64,000 nucleotides of DNA from Phoronis australis (taxonomy: Eukaryota > Animalia > Phoronida), in the NCBI GenBank assembly GCA_002633005.1, contig NMRA01000003.1, forward strand, positions 2,344,075 through 2,408,074. Reading direction: 5' to 3'. The notes under the pieces are model-generated. The model was not told the DNA's origin. It worked only from the letters and a program-made list of their open reading frames with translations, and ran no database searches. Position numbers and translations under genes: made by a program. Below, piece after piece: positions 36,367 to 47,770 of this stretch; the stretch's first letter is position 1; each line of letters opens with the position of its first letter.

Positions 36367-38142
36367 TATCTCAAATCACTGTTTCCTTTAGTTATATTGA
36401 CTAAATTATAATTTGGTGTTTTTGCTTCAAACAAAACAATGCGTAGATTGTCACCAGATACAATGCTATGATTATCACTTGCACCAAGATCATTATCACG
36501 TTTTTGTAGTCTTGAAAACAACGACAACGTCATCAAACGGGGAAAATACATAATCTGTGTAAGCCGATCCATATTGAGAGAACTTTGAATTGTCTTCATT
36601 TTCTGGTTTGTATTTCATTAGAGATATGTACAGGATGAGGATGTGAGTTACAACCTTGTTTATGTTAATGTAGTCAAGAGAGATGGCCCTCTTCCCTTGT
36701 GTACATGAACTCAATACAGCTAGTGAGTTGATTGAACATGTGGTTGTGTGCAGTGATCTGTCAAATCATCCCTAAGTAAATGTTAGTAGTTGCATGCAAA
36801 TGAGCCATTTGAGTACTTGTGATTTGTTAGTACAGCTATGTAATTGTTAAATTATGGTAAAAATCCTGAGTGTGGGTCTGTATTTTCAATTTTAACAGGG
36901 AAGCTTGTCAGGTAACGTGATTATCTTAGGCTTTGAAATATTTATCATGAATGTTGTTCCCAGACACTATTAAAGAGGCATGGAACGAAAACTCATAAAA
37001 ATACCATTTAAATGGATTGTGTGAGGTTTAGTCACTTTGAATATGGCAAGAATTTCTAAAAAAAATACCAGATTCAATGTTTTTTTGAATCCAGGCGCAA
37101 TAAAAACTTTCATCCCAGTACAGTTTTTGTATTCTCCGCCTCCTAATAATGCATATGCATGCATTTGCTCACAAAAAGAAGTCAGACTGGCTGCTGGTTG
37201 ATTTCGCCATTGTTTTGTTTACATTAAAGGTCAAGGGTCACATTTTCCATATAAGGGAAATGTGTTACCTATGTCTTGGCATACCAAATGGGGAGAGATG
37301 CTTTGCTGTTTGAGGGAAAATCGAGGAAGTGAGGAGCAATTAGCAGATTGTTTTTTTAAAATTTGAAACTAAAGGTAAACTGTTGACATCAACAGGGACA
37401 TCAACAGAAATTCAAAATCTTTACAAACAAACTGTAAAAAGATCTGGTGAACAGTTCAACTTGTGGCAGAGAACCACTTTAAATAATGGAATTTCGTCTG
37501 CTTTTCACATTCTATGCCACTTTAAGCTGAATATTCTTAAAAATAAATGCAATGAACATGACACATTGATGGAATAATACTTTTGAAAGACATGACATAT
37601 TGATGAATAGTATTTTTGAAAGCAAGTTTCTTATCCAAAAATACGAACAGGTTATTATTTTAAATGACTTATTCTTATAAGAACATAGACAAGAAATTCA
37701 ATTTTGAGCTTCAAAACTGGTGCATCTATATTAATATAGGTGTCGCTTCTTCTAAGGCCCAAAAATTATTTTTTGTTAATTTCATTTTAATAAGACTAAG
37801 TCATCTCAAATATTAAGTTGTTAAGGCTCTCTGTCCTTTGTTTATTTTGGTGCCTATGTATACAATTGACAATAATTAGCATGATAATAATAATTTTACA
37901 CAATGTGACGTGTTATTAACCACTGCCGCAACAAAACACAAAGATGATTTAAACTAATTCTAACAGCCTCATCATTAATCAAAAGGTTCCATTTGTAAAA
38001 CTAGTTTTTGTTGCAAGTATCCTTGAACAAAATTTTAAGCTGTGTTTAAAGAGTCAGAGTTTTAAGACAAACATTGAAATAATGTAGCACAGCCATGCTT
38101 ATTTTTATTATTTTGCAGTGGAAATGATAGTGACATGGCCAG

Positions 38143-38637
38143 TGTCACAATTTTCCCCGTGTTTAGGTGGGCGCAGGTTGTTACAGACCGGTGCTAATAG
38201 CTTTCGGTTTCTCCTGATAACTTTCTTGAACTGACTTGATCTCCCGACTTGATCTTCTTGGACTCAACTGGCTAACACAAACCCGTGCTTGTGTATTTAT
38301 AGCCTAATGCATTGTTCTGGAACTTTTCATCAATTCAAGCACATTGTAGAACTTTCCTGAATCCACTCAACCATTCTACAAACATGTACTAGTCTCTAGA
38401 ATATTCCAGACTGCATTAATCACTGTCATGCTAGAGTCTTCCAGAAAGTTCCACACTATACTGTAGTAAACAAATTACATCATCACTGTTCTGACCTCAG
38501 TCTTCTAGAAAGCTCCACACTATTTTGTAGTAAACAAATTACATCATCACTGTACTTAACTCAGGGGTCATGCCAATCAAACAGAATAACAAAACAAATC
38601 AATACAACTAAAAATACTGTCAGACTATATTCTGACA
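38143..38637 (-). mobile_element. Solo LTR (495 bp)
   Basis: TGTCA...TGACA termini and a perfect 5-bp TSD GCCAG (38138-38142, 38638-38642). TATAAATA on the minus strand at ~38294-38301. Internal ~55-bp direct duplication. Confidence 0.88.
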
Positions 38638-39219
38638 GCCAGGAAGTGAAAATTATGTGTAGGTGATTGTTGTTTCTGAATTAACCGAAAGGGAATTGGG
38701 ACACAAAAGCATTGTTCAGAATTGCACCGTGTTTGACATTTCAATCCGGGAGCACCCTGGCCTGGAATCTGGTGTATTAATGGCTATTAACTCATCTGCT
38801 CTTAAATACAGTAATTCCTTCTCTGTCTTTCTGCATTTGTACACTTGGGATTGATCCATATGCTGTCAAATTTTATTAACAGCAACTAATAGGCTTCCCT
38901 GGCCTTGTGCAAATGATTGGTTTATTTTATTTTCTGTCTTTGCGTTTGACAAGTTCCATTGATGTTGCTAGTGGGAATTTCTAATCATAATGTATAAAAT
39001 ACCATTTCTAAACTGATATCGTGGTAATATACATGTAAAATGATTTATCACAAAATGTGTATTTGAAATTCTGCTTTATGAAATTATGTCCATACGTATT
39101 TCTTCCTGAAATCAATTGTGTTTTGTCAGAGCTTGCTATTTTTCACATCTAGCAAATGCCAAGCTAAGACTTGCGCAAAGCTCTTTTCTGCCATCTGCTC
39201 ATGGTTTAACTCTTTTTAG

Positions 39220-39319
39220 CTGTTGAATGAATCAGATGCCTGGTGTTCAAAGAAAACTGTTCCAGGTACAATAGCTGCTGATGGCCATACAACTGGGTCT
39301 GTAGTTGTCTTGTCATCAG
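39220..39319 (+). CDS. Candidate exon of the + strand gene, LLNESDAWCSKKTVPGTIAADGHTTGSVVVLSS
   Basis: Acceptor ttaactctttttAG and donor CAG|GTAAGA. 100 nt, open only in phase 0. No homologue recognised; it could be UTR. Confidence 0.35.
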
Positions 39320-40792
39320 GTAAGATTTGGCTGAAAGAGTTTGCATTGCAGTCTGCAGGTGGCAGTGCGGTCTGCTAAACGGGTGTACTAAATTAGCGGA
39401 TCAGTCGATTTTGTTTTTCGAATGGCCACAAAAATTCAGAACCTGTGCTGTATGTGAATTACAATTACACAATTTGCTGTTCAAAGTCTTAAAGCCTTGA
39501 AGTTGGATTTGCGGGAGACTTCCCAGTGTAATCTAAACTCTTGTCATGTAGGTTAATGGCTAGAGGATAGGCTGTTTGAAAATCTCGGAAATCAAAGGGT
39601 GGACGTTAAGCCGAACATGGGTGTTTAAAGATTTTTTAAAAAGTTTTGACCTGGGTTAATGTTTACCAGTAATACCAAGTTTGTGGTTGACAACCAGAGA
39701 GATACAGATCAAAGAATAAATAAAAATAAGGCAGAATGCACAAAGTGGTGCTTTTGAGTTGAAGGCAAATGAATAGAAAGTTCCAACATATCAATCAAGC
39801 TAATTATTCTAGCCCGTCATGTTGCAAGAATTTGTAAATACAAGGATAGTCTGCCACCTTCAGTGTCCTCCACAACCCATTTGAACGTGTCGCTGTGACT
39901 TGTTTGCCGGCACGTGCGACACGTTTGAATGGCGCGTGCTCTGTTTAAAGGCTGGCTACCAACACAAGAGGTTCAGATGACTAGTACACAAACTACACAG
40001 TGCGTTTTAATCAATCAGGCACCCACATGAATGAAGCTGAGAGTGTCGATGTGCTGGCATATTTTAGGAATGGACGGTAAGGCTTGGTATCATAGATAAA
40101 CTACTGCTGCACATGCATGTCAAGGGCATTACACTGGATCGTGAGTTTGAAAATGTTAAAATCAACATACAGATGAGATTTTTAGCACTAATAAATATAT
40201 ATGTATTGAAGTTACACGAGACATAGTCGCTTAACTTCATTTTTTTGAGGAATCGTGCTTCTATTGGCGCTTTTATTTCACATTCATGCAATTCATGGGG
40301 TATAGACGTGACATTGTATTTTTGTAATTATTTTTTTCCTAAGCAAAAATAGTATCTGGACACTACATTTATCACTCAAAAATGTAATATATACTTGGAA
40401 ACGTTGCAAAACGTGCTGATTTCAAGAATTTTTCGTTTGCACCTGCTGCGGCCCTATGTGGCAACTGCTTAGTGAATTGAATAGAATCTGTTGCTGTAGT
40501 ATGCTTGCCCAGGTCTTCTGCCGACTTATTGACTTTGGATTTGTGAGAGTTGGTAATGCTAACTAGGTAGCCTGTATGTGTTTTGGGAACTGAAGTGAGC
40601 ACTCACAGATAGTTATGTAGTCAAAAAGTGTCAACTCTATGACTAAGAGCATGCTTCTGTCTAAAATGAGGGTAACCTGATAGTTGTTCTGCCATTGAAT
40701 GATGGATTGGGATTCTTTACTGCTGGTAACCTGCAGTTCTGACAATGTTTGTTTTAAGTGGTAGTTCTGAATCTTTATGCACACACTCATGA

Positions 40793-41451
40793 CTTCTCAC
40801 TCAAAGCCACCTAGATTAGTGATAAGGGCCTCATCTCACTCAAAGCCACCTACCGGTATTTTCCGTTGATAAGCCCATCGATGAAACGCCCATGGGTGTT
40901 TATTCAGAAAATTATGCCAAATACGCGCCTATGGGCGTTTATTTGGTGTTACAACTTGTGGTGTCAAGTGTCCAGACAGTAGGGCACTTATTTGGAAATT
41001 TTCCTCTTAAAAGCGACTCAGCGTCAAGTTTTTGTCACAAATTCAGTTTTGTGGAGCATTTATCATTGGTAAAAACGAACAAGGTTTTTGGTGAACTATG
41101 CATTTATTAACATAAAATTAAAAAATGCAGTTTTAAGTAAAAAAAGATGTCAAAGTCAGCAAAACTATGGCTTTCCGTTTACACGCCCCCTTTTCTGAAT
41201 AAACACCCAGGTGTTTATTTGGTGTTGCTAAAACGTCTGAAATTTTTCATTTTCCCAATACATGCTCATGGCTCATCTACGGAATTCCTGGTAGATGAGA
41301 GATAAGGTCCATCACGTTCTCAATCAAAGCCACCTAAATTAGTGATAAGGTCCATCACCTCACTCAAAGCCACCTAGATTAGTGATAAGGTCCATCACCT
41401 TCTCACTCAAAGCCACCTAGATGAGTGATAAGGTCTGTCATCTTTTCACTC
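40793..41451. repeat. ~40-43-bp minisatellite (ctcactcaaagccacctagattagtgataaggtccatcac), about 5 units, split by a MITE
   Basis: Units visible at 40793-40852 and 41292-41451. Confidence 0.9.
40853..41291. mobile_element. Tc2-like MITE inserted at TA
   Basis: cacc-TA-[CCGGTATTTTCCGTTGATAAGCCC...GGCTCATCTACGGAATTCCTGG]-TA-gat. Intact neighbouring units read caccTAgat. Confidence 0.85.
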
Positions 41452-42295
41452 TTTCATTATTGGCCAGCTTGGATGTTTATTTTGCCTGTTAATATCATGT
41501 CAAATCAGTTTCTATTTACTGTCAATTCCCAGGGGTTGATGTTTTTTTACTATTTTTATCACTCAAGATTTTTATAGCCGGTTATTTAATCTCAGTACCT
41601 ATGTGTAATGCAGGTCTAAACTTTGAATTCCAAATTTCTGAAAACTAAGTGCTTCCTATTGTTACCTTCCAAAAAATAGAAAATTACAAAGAGCTTGAAA
41701 TAACTGTGAGATGAGTTCATTTTAAAGACAGTAGTCCTTTGTGTTGAAGTTCTGCATAACTCCTGGAGTTAATTAACCATCCCAACCATTATCAAAGTAG
41801 GTGGATTTACATGTAGAGTTGGGCAGCTTTGCTCAGGTGGGAAATGTTAACTGCACTCCAGGCTCCAGCTAGAGTAATCACTAGAGGTTGTGCCATTAAT
41901 CACGTGCAGGAGATATTTTTCATTCCTGCTTCTTTTGTTACACTTAATCCATAGTTGCATGTACCCGTAAGAATAAAGATAACAGAAGTCTGATAGAATA
42001 ACACTGATCGGTCTGGCGTTATTCATTTTAAATGGCAAGAGATGTTTGTTGATCCCAAGAGCATGATTCAAATACGCCACCTGGTGCCAAATTAGGAATT
42101 AAGGGTAACTCCGATGTCGCCAGTCAATGGGAAAGGAAAGTGGGGTTGTGGTGATGTCGCCATAGACCGGAGTCTTCGTTGTAGTGTTAGTAGGAAGGCA
42201 ATACAATTTAAGTAACACTAAGTTAGTGTTTCGTTTCGCAAATTGACACCCTCACTGGTTGAGTTTGGACAACTTCACTGGTATCACTAACCTGA

Positions 42296-42836
42296 AGGTG
42301 CGTTCCCATTTGGTGAACTTTGAACTTAGGTTTACAGAAGCCTCGCCAAAACTTCGCTAACCTATCCGACTAGGCAGCGATATTGAAGTTATCGCCAAGA
42401 TATGAGACGACACAGTGCGTTCGTACTCTCAAACGAATATTGAGTTGTGGGTGCGAGGTTAACTGAACATTGTTTGCATGCCATTTACGAGTGTTTGAGA
42501 AAGTGAGTAGTTTCATTCTTCATAAAATATGCTTTCTTTTATTTATTTACGTGTGTCTTTTGAGAGCATGTCGGCTACACTGCAATAACGAAGAACACGT
42601 TTTGCGGATCTCGCGTGATTGTATATCATAGCCGTGACTTCTACAGATAACTTCAATGAAGTTTCACTCTGACCTTTCCCACTACACTGAAATTTCGGTG
42701 AGTACCGAAGCGTTGCTTTTAAATCTTACTATTTTCACTGAAGTTTTGCTTGCAGATTAACTACTGAAGTAAACCTTTCCTATTAAAACGAAACTTCGGT
42801 AAAAGCGAAGTTTCGCCTCCAATGGGGAAAGTGGCT
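42296..42836. mobile_element. PIF/Harbinger-like MITE
   Basis: AGGTGCGTTCCCATT...AATGGGGAAAGTGGCT imperfect TIRs with TGA/TAA flanks. Internal cgaagtt/aacttcg repeats. Homologue at 33975-34395. Confidence 0.75.
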
Positions 42837-44021
42837 TAAGAATGCACCCCTATCTTAAAAGAAAGCATTCATCCTGTTCACAGGAGACTACCTTGGCCAA
42901 TCAGGTGCAAAAATGTGCTTTGAAAACATGCCTATAAACACTGGGATGACCATAGTATTTTTTAAATGGCCCTTTACAAAGTTTTTAAATTGCATATTTG
43001 AATAGTTCATGAAAAGCACAAGTGGGTAGGTTTTTGCATTTTGAAAATGTTTCTTTTTAAACCTTAAACTTTATGAGCATAAGGTAACAAACTTCTTGGC
43101 AAACAGTCCACAGCAAGCATCCTGCTTCATTATTCTGCTGGACAGTACAGCACAATGGGCCGATTGCTGATGGTCATCAACCAGCAGACGGCATTTGAGA
43201 AAAGCCAAGTGTCATCCTACAATTTGGCACGACATTTTCTTCTTAAATTTTATGATTATGCCCAATTTCCTTCAAATTTAGATGCCTCAATATCAAAAAC
43301 GTTAAATGTCAAAATCTTTTTGAACAATCAAAAATGTTGTGCTCTTAAACATTTTTACCTGTCTGAAAGCTGAGCTAAAGCCTGAAGATTTATTCCAAAT
43401 GGTCATGCTAATAACCATAAGTTCTCCCCTTGCATCCAAAACAACACTATTGAATTCACCCCATTAATATATCAATATGTCAAATAAACACTAATTGGAC
43501 CCTGCTGTAGGTTCTTTGCTATTTATTCACTGCTTGGCCAGCTTCATTTCATTAGTCAGCTATTTTGGTAAAAGATCATTAGTAATAGGTTCTTATTTGT
43601 CTCCAAAGACCAAAACACAATGGTGTGTATGCGGTATTCCTGTAGGTGGACCACAGCACATGAATTTGTCTTTGGTAGATAATCAATAGCCATGTCCACA
43701 CTACGAGTTGCCTTAGAACAAACAACTCTCACAAGAGCAGGTTGCCCCATCTAGGACACATGGAGTATGTTCACATGAGTGGCAAAAATACATTAGCAGT
43801 TTCACTGGCTAAAACGCAGTCTGTGAAGGAGTCCAATTGTAGTGAAAGTAATTGCGTGGATGAATCAAGTGTTCGTGTAAATGTCTGTCCCCGACTTCTC
43901 AAAAAGATGTTTTTGCATGCGCATGCTTGGCTAAACACCACCCTTGAATTTTTGTTTCCAAATTTAAGCACAGTGGGGATGTTACCAGGGGCCCATTTAA
44001 GCACTGTGGAGGTGTTACCAG

Positions 44022-44724
44022 GGGCTCATTTCACGAAAAGTTACTTAAGACCAATAATTTGTCTAAGTTGAGACCGAAGACAAAAATTCAAGAAAGGCCG
44101 TTTCATGAACATTTTGTCAGTTTCTGTTCTTCAGTCTTAACTTGGACAGAAATTAAGTCAGGTTTTGACATAGGTCAGCGTACAAACTACAGTTTTGCCT
44201 GCTGTTGCGGGCTCACAAAACAAAGCGAGGTGGTGTGTGAAATACGGTTTCAGAGCAAACTTGGCCTTGAAACTCTAAATGAGAATTTAGTTGCAGCAGA
44301 CTTGGATGCAATTGGGAGCTCTCTTATGTGAGAAGACCCTGGTATGGCTCGCTGGAAGGTATTTCATACATGCAGATAAGTGACCCTACATTGTCTCTAC
44401 AAGTCTACGCAAGTTTCCCAGTTTCCGAATCAAAAGCAGACAATTTTCGTTAGGGACAGATTGTGAAAAATATGAACGAAATTTGTTTCCCAACAGTTTA
44501 CTATCATGCTAGTCGTAAGTTTTGGTCATTTAGTCTAAAAGTCCAATCTTAAGTCTAATCCGTAGAAGGTTAGAATTCTGTCCTTGCCATAGACTTATTT
44601 GGGTCTTATTTGGGTCTTATTTTGGTCTTAAGAAATTTCATGAAATGAGGCTAAGACATTTTGGTCTTAACTTAGCCCGATTTCAGTCCTAGTTAAAACA
44701 GAAAATGTTTCACGAAACTTGCCT
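44022..44724. mobile_element. PIF/Harbinger-like MITE
   Basis: CAG|GGGCTCATTTCACGAAA...TTTCACGAAACTTGCCT|CAG (3-bp TSD). Many inverted taagac/gtctta subterminal motifs. Confidence 0.7.
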
Positions 44725-44790
44725 CAGGATGATTATGATAACTACCATATAGAAACATAATAATTGTAATTCCTAACATTTGTACCTTAC

Positions 44791-44869
44791 CTGTGTAAAT
44801 ATGTCCCTTCACTGTTGAACTCTTGAACTACGGTAATGAATTCTTTTCATAGACTTTGACCTGAATGTC
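44791..44869 (-). other. Candidate non-coding 5' exon of the GPCR
   Basis: Acceptor tttcttatcttaatgatatgacAG and donor CAG|GTAAGG, in unique sequence between repeats. Confidence 0.35.
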
Positions 44870-45759
44870 CTGTCATATCATTAAGATAAGAAACTTGTGG
44901 TGTAATGCCCAGGTATATGGACATCGGAAAGTGGTCAATTTTTTTGAAAAAGAAATCTTTTATAAGTTCAATGCTATGTAAAAAAATAACCACTTCTTAA
45001 AATAAAGTTCAATTTTTTGTCAATTCAATCCTATTTGATAAATTCAATATTGTTTAGAAGATTCAGTACTTTTTTAACAATCGTATGTCATTTTAAAAAT
45101 TCAGTGCTACAGCATGAATTCAATGCGAAGTGGACAAAATTGATCCTATTTTGCAGATTCAATCAACATTCGGAAATTTAGAGTGTTGCGGAAATTTGAT
45201 CCTGTCGTCCATAAATGGAATTTGCCCTGACAATTGCAAATCTAGCATGTTTTGAAATTCCCGTGGATTGTTCATGTGTTTTGTGCTATCCACAGATAGA
45301 CGATGTGAGTCTAAGTATTTTATTATGTTCATGGTTCCAGTAGCTATAAGGCTCGTTCCTACTAACTTAAGTTCAGTATGAGCGAAGCCTTGATGTAAAT
45401 CGTGAGGTTAGTTTTTTGTTGTTTTTTAAAGGAAACGTGCTTTAGCCAAGGGCTCATATACAGCATCAAAGTATTCTCAAGGTAGTGCTGACGTGGCAGG
45501 TTTTTTGTCCGGTGTGTGTTAACGTTTTTTAATGTGACAAGTTGAGAACATTTAAATGTGGTCATTGACGTAAAACTTATTTTTAATTCCAATGGTGATT
45601 ACTTGAGCAAAATACAAAACACATGCGCACTTCATGACATCGATTAAGGTCATTTTTGCCCGGGAGCACAAAACTTGAAGTGTTTTTATTTTATTCCGGA
45701 AATGTGGCCAAAGGATTTAGAGATATTTTTTTGCATTTTACTACGATGTAATTGCTTAC

Positions 45760-45857
45760 CTGGTCTGGCCATGTCAGGGGATCGTGCCAGATACGGCGAT
45801 CGTCTTGTGTTTTTAACTGGGAGTTCTATGAACTGATTATCTTAATTTTGTTAAATA
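45760..45857 (-). other. Candidate non-coding 5' exon of the GPCR
   Basis: Strong acceptor cattttctccgccattcctacAG and donor CAG|GTAAGC; 98 nt. Confidence 0.45.
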
Positions 45858-45960
45858 CTGTAGGAATGGCGGAGAAAATGATAATGTAAAGAGTGACAGA
45901 TTATGGTTCAAAAGTGAACATAAAAATATCAAGGAAATTGTGAAAAAATAATTTCATATA

Positions 45961-47027
45961 TTATTATGCGCCCACATATTTATATGTGGACGCATTATGC
46001 CGTCATCTCCGTCCGTCCGTCCGGCGTCCGCTGCTCTATCTCCAAAACCCTTTGACATACGTTCATGAAATTTGGCACATATGTTCCATTCATGAATGGG
46101 ACGGCATGTGCGAACTTTCGGACAAATTCGACTACCGGTGTGCCCCCTAAAGGCAATTTTAGTTTTTTACGCTTACCTTTGTATCTTCAAAAGTCCTGAA
46201 CGGATTTTCATGAAATTTGGTATGTAGGCACCTATTAGTGAGATGACGCTATCCTGCGGTTTGCAGATGGATTCGACATAGTTTGCGCCACCTAGTGGCC
46301 ATGTTTAGTGTTTTCGAGTCTGTTTTTATGCGTCCACCCCTCTATCAATCAAACCGCTCAAAGGATGATTGTGAAAATTGCCGTGTATGTGCTTACTATA
46401 AGGAAGACAGCTGACAACGATTTTCAGACGATTTGGACTACTGTGGCGCCTCCTAGTGGCAGTTTTGTTTTTTTGCGCCCATGGCTGTATCTCCCAAACC
46501 GTTTGCAGGATCTTTACTAAATTTAGCAAGTGTATTTATGTGATGTTGACAACGGACGATGACGACTTTAGGATGATTCTGACTACCGGTATGCCTCTAG
46601 TGGCAATTTTAGTATTTGCCTCTAGTGGCAATTTTAGTATTTTACATTGACCTCTGTATTTTCATAGGTCTTCAGGTGTATACTTTGTGTTACTTCGTGA
46701 CTATGAAGGAAAAGTTCCAAGTAGAAATTTGTTTCTGGCATTCTAATGCTGTGCTAATCTCGTATGTTGGTAAATTTGTTTTTAATTCTATGTTTCTGTG
46801 GTGCTTTAAGCAACTGGTGTATAGGATGTGCTTGTATTAGGAAGATTACTCACATTTTGCCCCTAGCCTATTGAGGAGACAATGACCATGCCTTTCCATT
46901 TTGCTAAGTACAACATACTACATATATGCCCTCTACTGGCCACTTTATGGTACCAATAAACAACCCTAGAAGGATACCGTATGCGGTGCAATTGTGGGCG
47001 CATTTCAACGCTCTGCGTTGCTCTTGT
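45961..47027 (+). mobile_element. Helentron-associated non-autonomous element (HINE/DINE-1-like), copy 1
   Basis: 5' subTIR ATGCGCCCACA, palindrome ccacatatttatatgtgg, (GTCC)n microsatellite, tandem ~140-160-bp monomers, 3' subTIR TGTGGGCGCAT, then hairpin CAACGC-TCT-GCGTTG and CTCTTGT. Confidence 0.88.
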
Positions 47028-47529
47028 GTAAATATTGCTATTGTGCAGCATGTCTAATTTCAGCTCTGCGCAGGAGATTTCAGTATAATTCTGATTCTCC
47101 TATTAATGGCCTATTATATCATGTTAAAAGTCCGGTTACCCCATGTCAATGTGTTTTACTTTTGACTTTCTTTGCATTAGGCTGTTAATTATACTTATCA
47201 TTTTTAGTCGTTCAGTAATAGAGTGTCATTAGTGCAACTATGAGTTTCATTAGTGTAACTATATCTCTTAATACCATTGGTTGGTTAGAGGGTCTATATC
47301 AACCCATGGAGGTTGATGGGATTTTCCAGGTGGTCGATAAAAACCGAGTACTCAAACCTGCTGCAAATGCGCCGAAAGCGTTCTTTACAGTAGAAATGCA
47401 TTTTCACTGTCTTAAGGTTATGTTGAACTGTAGAACAATGACTGGTGGGAATCATGTTAAACTCTGGTGCTGTGATTTATACACTGTTCTCTATAATGCT
47501 GTTAGGAATTCTTTTTAAAATGGTAGACT

Positions 47530-47770
47530 TTTGCATGAGGGATTATCAAAAAATAGGACTTGTATGATTTTTATAAAAAAAGTGATAAAAGTTGCGTAAA
47601 ATGAAATCCAAATGATAATTTAGAAAACCGTAATGGCGTTTTTGAGAATTTATCTTGATCATTTATATCTTACGAAATTGCTGTTATCGATCCTCTTGTT
47701 TTGCTATGAATGTACCTTTCTGTTTTAATAAATTTTATCAAAAAAGCATTATCATATGACCTAATTGATA
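47530..47770. repeat. Dispersed repeat fragment, direct homologue of ~56615-56850
   Basis: Shared gcatgagggatYatcaaaaa..taggac, tttagaaaacYgtaa and gttttgctat blocks. Confidence 0.65.

Noticed and set aside
40793-41451. CRISPR-like array
   Set aside because: Units are contiguous tandem repeats without unique spacers, there are no cas genes, and the context is eukaryotic.
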